A program made the position numbers and the translations under genes. A DNA stretch of 64,000 bases, taken from positions 224-64,223 of the forward strand of contig JAISUX010000033.1 in assembly GCA_031271805.1 (NCBI GenBank), given 5' to 3'. Positions 40,908 to 49,551 of this stretch are shown here, piece after piece (within the stretch, counting starts at the first letter, position 1; each line of letters opens with the position of its first letter). Below the pieces are notes generated by a model, which saw nothing but the letters and a program-made list of their open reading frames with translations, was not told the DNA's origin and did no database searches. This stretch comes from Tannerella sp. (GTDB taxonomy: Bacteria > Bacteroidota > Bacteroidia > Bacteroidales > Tannerellaceae).

Positions 40908-42635
40908 ATGGAATATAATTTTAGAGAAATCGAGAAAAAATGGCAGGCGCAATGGGTCGCCGACAAAACGTATCAGGTTGATATTCAGAAAGATAAACCT
41001 AAGTTTTATGTATTAGACATGTTTCCCTATCCTTCTGGCGCTGGGCTGCATGTGGGGCATCCGCTCGGTTATATAGCGTCGGATATTTATGCCCGTTACA
41101 AGCGGTTGCGGGGTTTTAACGTGCTTCATCCGATGGGCTACGACGCCTACGGGTTGCCTGCAGAGCAGTATGCCATCCAGACAGGGCAGCATCCTGCCGT
41201 TACGACCGAAAATAATATCGCCCGCTACCGTGAGCAGTTGGATAAGATTGGCTTTTCGTTCGACTGGAACCGCGAAGTGCGTACCTGCGACCCGGAGTTT
41301 TACAAATGGACGCAATGGGCTTTTATTCTGATGTTTAACTCGTATTATTGCTATCAGGCAAAGCAGGCGCGACCGATTTCGGAACTGATTGAATGTTTTG
41401 AAACACAGGGGAATAAAGGTCTCGAAATAGCGCAGACAGAAGAACTGCATTTCACTGCCGAAGAGTGGCTGTCGTGGGATGAGCACCGTCAGCAGGAAAC
41501 GCTGATGAACTATCGCATTGCTTATCTGGCAGATACGATGGTCAACTGGTGCCCGAAACTCGGTACGGTGCTGGCAAACGACGAAGTGCAGGACGGTATT
41601 TCCATCCGCGGCGGGTACCCCGTTGAGCAGCGCCGTATGAAACAGTGGTCGTTGCGCGTATCGGCTTATGCACAGCGACTTCTCGACGGTCTCGAAACGA
41701 TTGACTGGACCGATTCGCTCAAAGAAACGCAGCGGAATTGGATTGGACGTAGCGAAGGGGCGGAAATGGATTTTCCCATCGCGCGTCATTGCGTCCAGTG
41801 CAACGACACGGGATCTCACCCGCAATCCCCTGATAGAATTAAGATTTTCACCACCCGCGCCGACACGATTTATGGCGTTACTTTTATGGTATTAGCGCCT
41901 GAAAGCGAGTATGTTGAGCCACTCACCACAGACGAGCAGCGTACCGAAGTAGCCGCCTATATAGAACAGACCAAGAAACGCACCGAGCGCGAGCGCATTG
42001 CCGACAGTCGCGTAACCGGAGTTTTCTCAGGCTCTTATGCTATAAATCCCGTTAGCGGCGAGGAAATTCCCATCTGGATAAGCGATTATGTATTAGCAGG
42101 ATACGGCACCGGTGCAATCATGGCTGTTCCCGCCCATGACAGCCGCGACTATGCCTTTGCCAAGCATTTCGGTTTGCCGATAATCCCATTGATTGAGGGC
42201 GCCGACATAAGCGAAGATAGCTTCGACGCAAAAGAAGGAATAATGATGAACAGCCCGGCCGCCGACCGTCATTGCGGAGTTTATCCCGCTGTGGCGGGAC
42301 AGGCACCGCAATCCCCTGAAACGCTTATTTTGAACGGTTTAACCGTCAAAGAAGCCATCGCCAAAACCAAAAAGTTTATTGAAGACAACGGTCTGGGCAA
42401 GGTCAAAGTCAACTACCGCCTCCGCGACGCCATTTTCAGCCGCCAGCGCTATTGGGGCGAGCCGTTCCCGATCTATTATAAGGACGGAATGCCCTACACC
42501 GTAGCCCTCGAAGACCTCCCGATTCAACTTCCCGAAGTGGATAAATTCCTCCCAACCGAAACGGGCGAACCGCCGCTGGGACGTGCGAAAGGTTGGAACT
42601 ATACAGACAATATAAATCGAAATATATCGTTATAA
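40908..42635 (+). CDS. leuS: Leucine--tRNA ligase, N-terminal part only (HIGH motif and CP1 editing domain; no KMSKS or anticodon-binding domain)
   Basis: [35 protein letters not shown] and SRQRYWGEP; ends [21 protein letters not shown]-stop at 575 aa. Confidence 0.92.
   Translation: MEYNFREIEKKWQAQWVADKTYQVDIQKDKPKFYVLDMFPYPSGAGLHVGHPLGYIASDIYARYKRLRGFNVLHPMGYDAYGLPAEQYAIQTGQHPAVTTENNIARYREQLDKIGFSFDWNREVRTCDPEFYKWTQWAFILMFNSYYCYQAKQARPISELIECFETQGNKGLEIAQTEELHFTAEEWLSWDEHRQQETLMNYRIAYLADTMVNWCPKLGTVLANDEVQDGISIRGGYPVEQRRMKQWSLRVSAYAQRLLDGLETIDWTDSLKETQRNWIGRSEGAEMDFPIARHCVQCNDTGSHPQSPDRIKIFTTRADTIYGVTFMVLAPESEYVEPLTTDEQRTEVAAYIEQTKKRTERERIADSRVTGVFSGSYAINPVSGEEIPIWISDYVLAGYGTGAIMAVPAHDSRDYAFAKHFGLPIIPLIEGADISEDSFDAKEGIMMNSPAADRHCGVYPAVAGQAPQSPETLILNGLTVKEAIAKTKKFIEDNGLGKVKVNYRLRDAIFSRQRYWGEPFPIYYKDGMPYTVALEDLPIQLPEVDKFLPTETGEPPLGRAKGWNYTDNINRNISL
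41784..41832 (+). repeat. CGTC-tagged palindrome inserted in-frame in leuS (copy 1)
   Basis: CGTCATTGCG-TCCAGTGCAACGACACGGGATCTCAC-CCGCAATCCCCTG, encoding [16 protein letters not shown]. Confidence 0.8.
42267..42318 (+). repeat. CGTC-tagged palindrome inserted in-frame in leuS (copy 2)
   Basis: CGTCATTGCGG-AGTTTA-TCCCGC-TGTG-GCGGGA-CAGGCA-CCGCAATCCCCTG, encoding [17 protein letters not shown]. Confidence 0.8.
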
Positions 42636-42646
42636 ATCAAATAACA

Positions 42647-43399
42647 ATGGCAAAATTAGATTACTCTTCCGGCTACCGAATTTTGGACTCGTGGGTGTTG
42701 GCGAGCATCGCGCAACTTGCCACTTACCGTTTTTGCGACAAGTTTTTGACCCGCAAACTCGACCCGACAGGCAGGCAATACGACCAAATGACGCAGGCGG
42801 CAAGGTCGGGAAAGGTAAATATTGTCGAAGGGTCGGCGCGGGGCTCGACGTCAAAAGAAACGGAAATGAAACTGACAGATGTAGCGCGGGCAAGTTTGAC
42901 AGAGTTGATGAGCGATTACGAAGATTGGCTGTTGAGAAATGATTTAGTTCCTTGGCACACGCAATCTGCCGAAGCACAGGAAGTGTTCGATGTTTGGCTC
43001 GATAAGCCCAATTACTCAACCGACTGGATTCACGATTCTTGCGTTCATTTGCTGGCTCAAAAGAAGAAATTTGATAAATGGCTGCTTTCCGAAGATTCGA
43101 CGGCTATGGCAAACTGTATGATAATCCTGTTAAGGCGAGCAATTCGCCTGTTAATCAAACAGATACAGTCGCAGGTTGATAATTTTGAAGAAAAAGGCGG
43201 ATTTCGTGAACAATTAACTCAAATAAGAATTGAATCGAAAACTCACAAGCAAAACTCGCCTGTCTGCCCGAATTGCGGTAAAACGATGGTTATCAGGAAA
43301 GTGAAATCAGGAAAAAACGAAGGAAAAGAGTTTTGGGGCTGCACTGGGTATCCTGAATGCAAGGGAGTGGTGAATATTGAAAAAGAAAAAATTGACTGA
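42647..43399 (+). CDS. Four-helix-bundle (IVS-protein-like) protein with suffix domain and topoisomerase-type C4 zinc finger
   Basis: DQMTQAARSGKVNIVEGS, ARASLTELMSDYED, FEEKGGFREQL and CPNCG...FWGCTGYPEC; ATG 11 nt after the leuS stop. Confidence 0.85.
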   Translation: MAKLDYSSGYRILDSWVLASIAQLATYRFCDKFLTRKLDPTGRQYDQMTQAARSGKVNIVEGSARGSTSKETEMKLTDVARASLTELMSDYEDWLLRNDLVPWHTQSAEAQEVFDVWLDKPNYSTDWIHDSCVHLLAQKKKFDKWLLSEDSTAMANCMIILLRRAIRLLIKQIQSQVDNFEEKGGFREQLTQIRIESKTHKQNSPVCPNCGKTMVIRKVKSGKNEGKEFWGCTGYPECKGVVNIEKEKID

Positions 43400-43400
43400 T

Positions 43401-43958
43401 ATGAAAAAGATAATTCTAATTTTCTTCGCCGTTTTATGTTTTGCAAGTTGTGCAACATACAGAAACACAGAGCAAACTTTGGTTAGTTGTGATTATAACG
43501 AGAAAAAAGACCAAACAGAATATATGGTTTTCCCTTTTGGTAATGTAAATATCAAAGGAAAATGGGAACAGACCAAATATAACAGTTCTGCCCGCCAACA
43601 GTTTTTTACAAATTCAGACAGCGTTACAATTTCTATTGCTATGGGGCTTTCAAAAAAATTTGAATTTAATGCCGACGGTTCTCTGAAAGGTTTTGATTTT
43701 GTAAAAGCATTTTATAAATGGGAAAGTGAATATTTTGCCAACAGTTTTGATTTTTCGTCAACCGAAATTGAAACTGACGAAGAAAACAAATTCATACTTT
43801 GGAGGGTATTTGGGACTTACAATAATGCAGATAGGAATATGTATTTTTTGTCTTTTGAACAAAATGGCGTTTTCAAAAATTTTTCAGTTCAAACTACAAA
43901 AAAATGGACAGAGGAGCAAAAAATAGAGTTCCTTAAAAGTTTAGTTTTTAATAAGTAA
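43401..43958 (+). CDS. Hypothetical lipoprotein
   Basis: MKKIILIFFAVLCFASC lipoprotein signal; AT-rich; ATG 1 nt after the upstream stop. Confidence 0.75.
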   Translation: MKKIILIFFAVLCFASCATYRNTEQTLVSCDYNEKKDQTEYMVFPFGNVNIKGKWEQTKYNSSARQQFFTNSDSVTISIAMGLSKKFEFNADGSLKGFDFVKAFYKWESEYFANSFDFSSTEIETDEENKFILWRVFGTYNNADRNMYFLSFEQNGVFKNFSVQTTKKWTEEQKIEFLKSLVFNK

Positions 43959-43977
43959 TAATCAAATCGAAGACAAT

Positions 43978-44093
43978 ATGACAAATTCCTCATCAAATAA
44001 AATCATTTCCTATCGTGATGATAATGGCATTACAACCGTATCAGCAGATTTGCCAACTTTTTGGCAAATCAAAATCAGCCGTCTGAACTGTGA
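43978..44093 (+). pseudogene. Degenerate N-terminal remnant of a RhuM-family protein
   Basis: MTNSSSNKIISYRDDNGITTVS, then after a frameshift RFANFLANQNQPSEL-stop. This resembles the recalled RhuM N-terminus (IILYQ.D.G...V.VRF...WLTQ.Q.AEL). Confidence 0.5.
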
Positions 44094-44281
44094 TTTTAGA
44101 ATGATTAAATTGATTGATATATTGTACCTGTTTTTTGTAAACACTGTTCTTGTATTCTTTCGGAAGATTCTTTGGGTTTGAAAGTTGACGGGCTGTGTTT
44201 TGATGAAACAATTATCTGGGATATGCGTTAAAAATAAAAACCAGAAAACAAATAACAATCAAATAAATCCAACTGATACCA

Positions 44282-44347
44282 AACCGCTGCTGACAAAGCA
44301 GTGATTGAAGAAAGCGGTTATCCTCCTTCTTCAACCTCGCAATGACG
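44282..44347 (-). repeat. Partial CGTC-tagged repeat with overlapping hairpins; possible terminator for the rho operon
   Basis: Minus strand reads CGTCATTGCGAGG-TTGAAGAA...TTCTTCAA-TCACTGCT-TTGTC-AGCAGCGGTTT. Confidence 0.5.
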
Positions 44348-44396
44348 TCGTCGTCGATGTCGTCGGCAATCGGCCTACAATACGGTCCTCGACTTA

Positions 44397-44780
44397 TTAC
44401 GGATAAACAAAGCTACCTATTTCGATAGTATTGCCATTATCCTGCCGTGATGCCGAATAAGTAAACGAAGTAGATGCGTCTAAGCCGAGCGCTGCTACAT
44501 CGGCGCGTGTGAACGACGATATAGCCTCGTTAAAGCCTGCAAGCGCCTTCGCGTCGCAATCGGCTTTTGACTTAGCTGTGAATGTTTGAGGTTCCATCGG
44601 GCAGTTATGCGCTTTCAGAAAATCGGTCACCTTGGCCAAATCTTCCGGTTGCGTCAAGTCTTGCGAACTCTCAAATTTAGTAATACCGAAGTTATAACTC
44701 AGGGTTACATCTTCATCTTTGTTGCATGAATAGAGGCAGCACAAAACAATAGCCGTCGCTACAATAATAATTTTCCTCAT
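44397..44780 (-). CDS. Small hypothetical lipoprotein
   Basis: MRKIIIVATAIVLCCLYSC-NKDED lipoprotein signal with acidic residues after the Cys; downstream of rho. Confidence 0.75.
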   Translation of the reverse strand: MRKIIIVATAIVLCCLYSCNKDEDVTLSYNFGITKFESSQDLTQPEDLAKVTDFLKAHNCPMEPQTFTAKSKADCDAKALAGFNEAISSFTRADVAALGLDASTSFTYSASRQDNGNTIEIGSFVYP

Positions 44781-44829
44781 TTGTGTTTGTTTTAATTTAT
44801 TAAAATGTTTATAATCATCAGTTTGAATC

Positions 44830-47007
44830 TCAGCCATTCATAGATGCGAGAAATTCAAAGTTGTCTTGTGTCAGTTCCATCTGTTTTTTTACAAATTCCA
44901 TTGCTTCGATAGAATTCATATCCGACAGATACTTACGCAGCACCCACATGCGGTTGATAGTCTTTTCGTCTAACAGCAGGTCGTCGCGACGGGTGCTTGA
45001 TGCAATGATATCGACGGCAGGATAGATGCGTTTGTTCGACAGTTTGCGGTCGAGTTGAAGTTCCATATTGCCTGTTCCCTTGAACTCCTCGAAGATCACA
45101 TCGTCCATTTTCGAGCCGGTCTCTGTCAGGGCTGTCGCCAGAATCGTCAGACTACCGCCGTTTTCAATATTTCGAGCCGCGCCGAAGAAACGTTTCGGCT
45201 TTTGCAGAGCATTAGCGTCAACGCCACCCGACAGCACCTTACCGGAAGCAGGCTGCACCGTGTTATAAGCGCGTGCGAGACGAGTTATCGAATCGAGCAA
45301 TATAACCACATCGTGCCCGCACTCAACCATACGCTTTGCCTTGTTCAAAACGATGTCGGCTATCTTTACGTGGCGTTCTGCAGGCTCGTCGAACGTCGAG
45401 GCGATGACCTCGGCGTCAACACTGCGCGCCATATCCGTGACTTCTTCCGGACGCTCGTCGATAAGTAAAATTATCATATATACTTCCGGATGATTAGCCG
45501 ATATTGCATTAGCTATATCCTTGAGTAACATCGTCTTACCGGTCTTAGGTTGCGCCACGATAAGTCCGCGTTGCCCCTTGCCGATAGGCGAGAACAGATC
45601 AACTACGCGCACCGAAATCTGGTCATAAACCTTAGGCGAGCGTTTTCCTGTCAGCATGAATTTCTCGTCCGGGAAAAGCGGTGTCAGATGGTCGAAAGGC
45701 ACGCGGTCGCGCACTTCCTCCGGCGTCCGTCCGTTGATTTTATCTACTTTGACAAGAGGGAAATATTTCTCGCTTTCTTTGGGCGGACGTATTGCCCCTT
45801 CAACAACATCACCCGTTTTCAAACCAAACAGTTTCACCTGCGCCTGGGAAACATATATGTCGTCCGGCGAAGACAGGTAATTGAAATCTGACGAACGCAA
45901 AAAGCCGTATCCGTCCTGAATAATTTCCAGCACGCCGGTACCGACCAAAATACCCTCAAAATCAAACGTTTTCTCAACTTCCGGCTGCATCATAGCAAGC
46001 CTCGGAACGTTCTGATTATTGTTGGGGAACTGCTTCTGAGAACGGTTCTGATTCTGATTTTGCTGTTTCTGGTGATTTTGAGACGGCGCGGGAGTTGCCG
46101 GAGCAACCGCCGGTTCGATATTTGCAGGAATCACCGGCTGCTTGACATCAAGGATTGATTGCGAAGTTGTTATCGGAATAATCTGATCTAAGACAGAGGA
46201 TGTTTCACTGTTATGTCTAAATATAATACGCTTATTTTCAGCAGGTTGCTTCGGTTCTATCTTTACTTTGGGTTCAGTAGTTACCGTGCTTTCCGGTTTC
46301 GCCGGCGAAGCAGGTTCGGGAACAACAGGCGGCGGCAAAATATCCGCAGACACGGACTTTCCGGTTGCGACAAGCGGAATTATATCTTTATGAACAGGGG
46401 TAAATTGCACTTTATTTGTATTCGCATCCTTTGGCTGCTGTGGCGAAATCGACTGATTTATAATCGTTTTCTCCTTCTTAGGCCGACCTCGTTTGCCTTT
46501 ATGTTGTTCTTCTTCGGCAGGCTTTGCGACGGTTTGTTCGGCGACAGCAGGCTGTTTGACCTTAACCGATTGCTGAAGCGGAGTAGCGACAGCCGGCTCT
46601 ACAGCGTCACTCGGCTTGTCGGCGGTAGTTTTATTATCGCCTACAAGTTGTTGAGATGCAGCGACTTGTTTGTTCGCCACATCATGCTTTTGGGCATCTT
46701 TGGGCGGCCTGCCTCTGCGCTTAACCATATTATCAGCGCCTTCAGGCGCTTCTTTCGCAGAGGCGCTTTCCGGCGTCACCGATTTTGCAGCCTGATTAGG
46801 CTTACTTTTCTGAGATCTCTTATCTCTTTTTCGAGCTTCCTTCTCAACTTGTTTGCCTGCCCATGTAATAGCCTGCTCGTCAAGTATCCTATATACCAAA
46901 TCTTCCTTCGGTAATGACTTGACTTTGTTGATTCCCAACGTCTCCGCAATCTCCTGTAACTCGGAAATTTGTTTGCTGTTTAATTCAAGAATGTTGTATT
47001 TTTGCAT
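44830..47007 (-). CDS. rho: Transcription termination factor Rho with long disordered insertion
   Basis: [35 protein letters not shown] and FKGTGNME; roughly 290 aa low-complexity insert after the N-terminal helical domain. Confidence 0.98.
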   Translation of the reverse strand: MQKYNILELNSKQISELQEIAETLGINKVKSLPKEDLVYRILDEQAITWAGKQVEKEARKRDKRSQKSKPNQAAKSVTPESASAKEAPEGADNMVKRRGRPPKDAQKHDVANKQVAASQQLVGDNKTTADKPSDAVEPAVATPLQQSVKVKQPAVAEQTVAKPAEEEQHKGKRGRPKKEKTIINQSISPQQPKDANTNKVQFTPVHKDIIPLVATGKSVSADILPPPVVPEPASPAKPESTVTTEPKVKIEPKQPAENKRIIFRHNSETSSVLDQIIPITTSQSILDVKQPVIPANIEPAVAPATPAPSQNHQKQQNQNQNRSQKQFPNNNQNVPRLAMMQPEVEKTFDFEGILVGTGVLEIIQDGYGFLRSSDFNYLSSPDDIYVSQAQVKLFGLKTGDVVEGAIRPPKESEKYFPLVKVDKINGRTPEEVRDRVPFDHLTPLFPDEKFMLTGKRSPKVYDQISVRVVDLFSPIGKGQRGLIVAQPKTGKTMLLKDIANAISANHPEVYMIILLIDERPEEVTDMARSVDAEVIASTFDEPAERHVKIADIVLNKAKRMVECGHDVVILLDSITRLARAYNTVQPASGKVLSGGVDANALQKPKRFFGAARNIENGGSLTILATALTETGSKMDDVIFEEFKGTGNMELQLDRKLSNKRIYPAVDIIASSTRRDDLLLDEKTINRMWVLRKYLSDMNSIEAMEFVKKQMELTQDNFEFLASMNG

Positions 47008-47151
47008 ATAAAAAATTAGTGTAAAAAAAATGAATATAAACGACGCACATTATTATGCATTTGGTTCTTTGAACATAAAAAAATGGGTTATTTATTTTGA
47101 ATTATTACGTCATTTCGGTTATAATTCGGGGACAAAGATAAGCATTATTTT

Positions 47152-48504
47152 TTATTTGTGCAATTTTTTAGGGAAAAATTTTACAATAATCGCTTTTTTT
47201 GTTTTATTAACTATCCGGAAGCGATTGTCGGGACGTAAACCTACTACCCAAATAATGTCTGTCCCGCTACACAACAACCACACCCGTTCCTTATCCAAAA
47301 GACTTAATTTCAGGTCATTAAATAAGTCGCTCAACTTTTTACGCCCGGTAATTCCGAAGGGCACGAAGCTGTCGCCATCCTTCCATCGTCGTAAGGTCAG
47401 CGGAAATCGCAACGTATCATAATCGAAGGTCGCGACATTCGGATTTCTATCTATCCTAAAATCGGCATTTACAGGCGCTATCTGTATCGACAAGCCGATT
47501 GGAAGGCCTTCGTTTTCGATATCATTTTCTTTAATTTGATATGTAATATCCTCTTTTTCGGAACATCTATATATAATAAATGTATCACGGTCTTTGACAA
47601 GTTTGTATGACGACCCCGGAGCGAAAAACACTTTACCCGATTCATTGCCGATGGCTTGAAAAATGTCTTCGGTGAGCAATCGCGTAAAGCCGTAGTTTTT
47701 AAGGATTTCATACAGTATTGTTTTGGGTTCCGGAAGTTTAAGCAAGCAGGTTATGTCAATACTAACAACCTCACCATCAGCCGTTTTCGTTATTTTTTTT
47801 ATTAATCTCGCTATTTCGCCCATAAATATTGTTTCTACGGCGGAAAGATTTTCGGCGGCGCGTGTGACGGATTCCTTGACGGAAGGATTGATCTCTTCCA
47901 GTAAAGGCATGATTTTCAGCCTGATAAAGTTACGGGTATATTTGTCGGAGCTGTTTGAACTGTCGCTGACGAAGGGCAACCCCTCCCCTACCAGGAACTG
48001 TGTTATTTCGTCCTTGCCAAGGCATAAAAAGGGGCGCACGATGTAGTTATTTTTGTTACGTATGCCGCAAAGTCCGTGTATCCCGGTACCCCGAATCAGG
48101 TTCATAAGTATCGTTTCGGCATTGTCGTCACGATGATGAGCGACGGCAATTGCCTGAGCATCATACCTTTGACGTATCGCCTCGAACCATTCGTAACGAA
48201 GTTCGCGAGCGGCCATCTCGATGGACACATGTCGCTCAATGGCGTAATTACGGGTGTCGAAATCGACTTTTTCATATTTTATTCCGCGCTTTACGGCAAA
48301 ATCTCGGCAGAAAGCCTCATCGTGGTCGGATTCGTCGCCGCGAAGATGAAAATTGCAGTGAGCGGCGATGCAATCGTAACCAAGTTTATGCAGCAAAAAC
48401 AATAAAGAGACGGAATCACCTCCACCACTGAATCCAACAACGACAGAACAGTTCCGTGGCAAGAGGTGATTTGTCTCTATATATTTTTCGACTTTATGTA
48501 TCAA
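47152..48504 (-). CDS. tilS: tRNA(Ile)-lysidine synthase
   Basis: SGGGDS PP-loop, ARELRY, AHHRDDNAET and RNFIR. Confidence 0.96.
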   Translation of the reverse strand: MIHKVEKYIETNHLLPRNCSVVVGFSGGGDSVSLLFLLHKLGYDCIAAHCNFHLRGDESDHDEAFCRDFAVKRGIKYEKVDFDTRNYAIERHVSIEMAARELRYEWFEAIRQRYDAQAIAVAHHRDDNAETILMNLIRGTGIHGLCGIRNKNNYIVRPFLCLGKDEITQFLVGEGLPFVSDSSNSSDKYTRNFIRLKIMPLLEEINPSVKESVTRAAENLSAVETIFMGEIARLIKKITKTADGEVVSIDITCLLKLPEPKTILYEILKNYGFTRLLTEDIFQAIGNESGKVFFAPGSSYKLVKDRDTFIIYRCSEKEDITYQIKENDIENEGLPIGLSIQIAPVNADFRIDRNPNVATFDYDTLRFPLTLRRWKDGDSFVPFGITGRKKLSDLFNDLKLSLLDKERVWLLCSGTDIIWVVGLRPDNRFRIVNKTKKAIIVKFFPKKLHK

Positions 48505-49550
48505 TCCGTTTTCAAGTCTTTAATATCGTCGATGTTTGCAAGTTCGGGGTCAATCATCACGCGGCCGCAATATTCGCAGACGATGATTTTCTTGTGCAGT
48601 TTGATGTCGAGTTGCTTTTGCGGCGGGATTTTGTTGAAGCAACCACCGCAGGCGTCACGCTCGATATTGACAATTGCAAGTCCGTTACGGGCGCCCTTGC
48701 GGATACGCTTGAAAGCGTTCAAGAGGCGAGGTTCGATTTTTTCCTCGAACGACTTTGCCTTTTCGCGAAGAATTTCTTCTTCGTGGCGCGTCTCCGCAAC
48801 AATTTCCTGAAGCTCCTTCTTCTTCATATCGAGGTCATATTTCCTGCCCTCAAGCATCTCTTTTATACCGGAAATACTCTCTTTCTTTTGCCTGATAGCC
48901 GCATTAAATTCTTTGATTTTCTTCTCCAAAAATTCTATTTCAAGTTCCTGATATTCAACCTCTTTAGATAGATTATCGTACTCGCGGTTGTTACGCACAT
49001 TCTCCAACTGAGCCTTATACTTTTCGACCAGCAACTTCGACTCGGAAATGTTATTTTTTTGGGCAATAACGTTTTCGTCGAACGAACGAATTTCTGCTTG
49101 ATAGTTTTCGAGGCGCGTCCTTAATCCCGCGATTTCATCTTCGAGGTCTTGTACCTCCAAAGGCAGTTCACCGCGAAGAGTTTTAATCGTATCTATCTCA
49201 GAAACAGTATTTTGCAGCTGGTACAAGAGATACAATTTTTCTTCTACCGAATATTCTTTTTCGCCGGGGCCTTTCGCCGAAGGTGCATTGAAATTAAATT
49301 CATTAGCTTCGACACGTGTTTCTTTAGAACCTTTTTTGTCTGTCGCGGCTTTTTTATGCGTAGATTTCTTTGCCGGCTCGGGCTTAGTCGGTTCGCTGTC
49401 AGCTGTCGCCTTCTTTTCTACCGGTTCTTTGTCGCCGGCTTCGTCTTTCTTTGCCGCCGCAGGCTTAGTTGCCTTTACGGAAGCGGCTTTTTTCGTCGTT
49501 GTTTTTACAGCCTCATTTGTTTCTACTACGGCTTCATTCTTTTTTGCCAT
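48501..49550 (-). CDS. Coiled-coil C4 zinc-ribbon protein (DUF164/CT398-like) with Lys/Ala/Glu-rich N-terminal extension
   Basis: Long coiled coil, then CGGC...CEYCGR; conserved next to nif3. Confidence 0.88.
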   Translation of the reverse strand: MAKKNEAVVETNEAVKTTTKKAASVKATKPAAAKKDEAGDKEPVEKKATADSEPTKPEPAKKSTHKKAATDKKGSKETRVEANEFNFNAPSAKGPGEKEYSVEEKLYLLYQLQNTVSEIDTIKTLRGELPLEVQDLEDEIAGLRTRLENYQAEIRSFDENVIAQKNNISESKLLVEKYKAQLENVRNNREYDNLSKEVEYQELEIEFLEKKIKEFNAAIRQKKESISGIKEMLEGRKYDLDMKKKELQEIVAETRHEEEILREKAKSFEEKIEPRLLNAFKRIRKGARNGLAIVNIERDACGGCFNKIPPQKQLDIKLHKKIIVCEYCGRVMIDPELANIDDIKDLKTD

Positions 49551-49551
49551 G

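Noticed and set aside
42545-43399. Programmed -1 frameshift fusing leuS to the four-helix-bundle ORF (track ORF starting at 42593)
   Set aside because: The -1 frame is open only from 42545, no slippery heptamer or stimulatory structure was seen, and a good ATG lies at 42647.
42647-43399. Diversity-generating retroelement, because of the Avd-like four-helix bundle
   Set aside because: No reverse transcriptase and no template/variable repeat pair differing at adenines were found.
42636-44396. Self-splicing intron or intein interrupting leuS
   Set aside because: No 3' exon, reverse transcriptase, homing endonuclease or intein motif is visible in the window.
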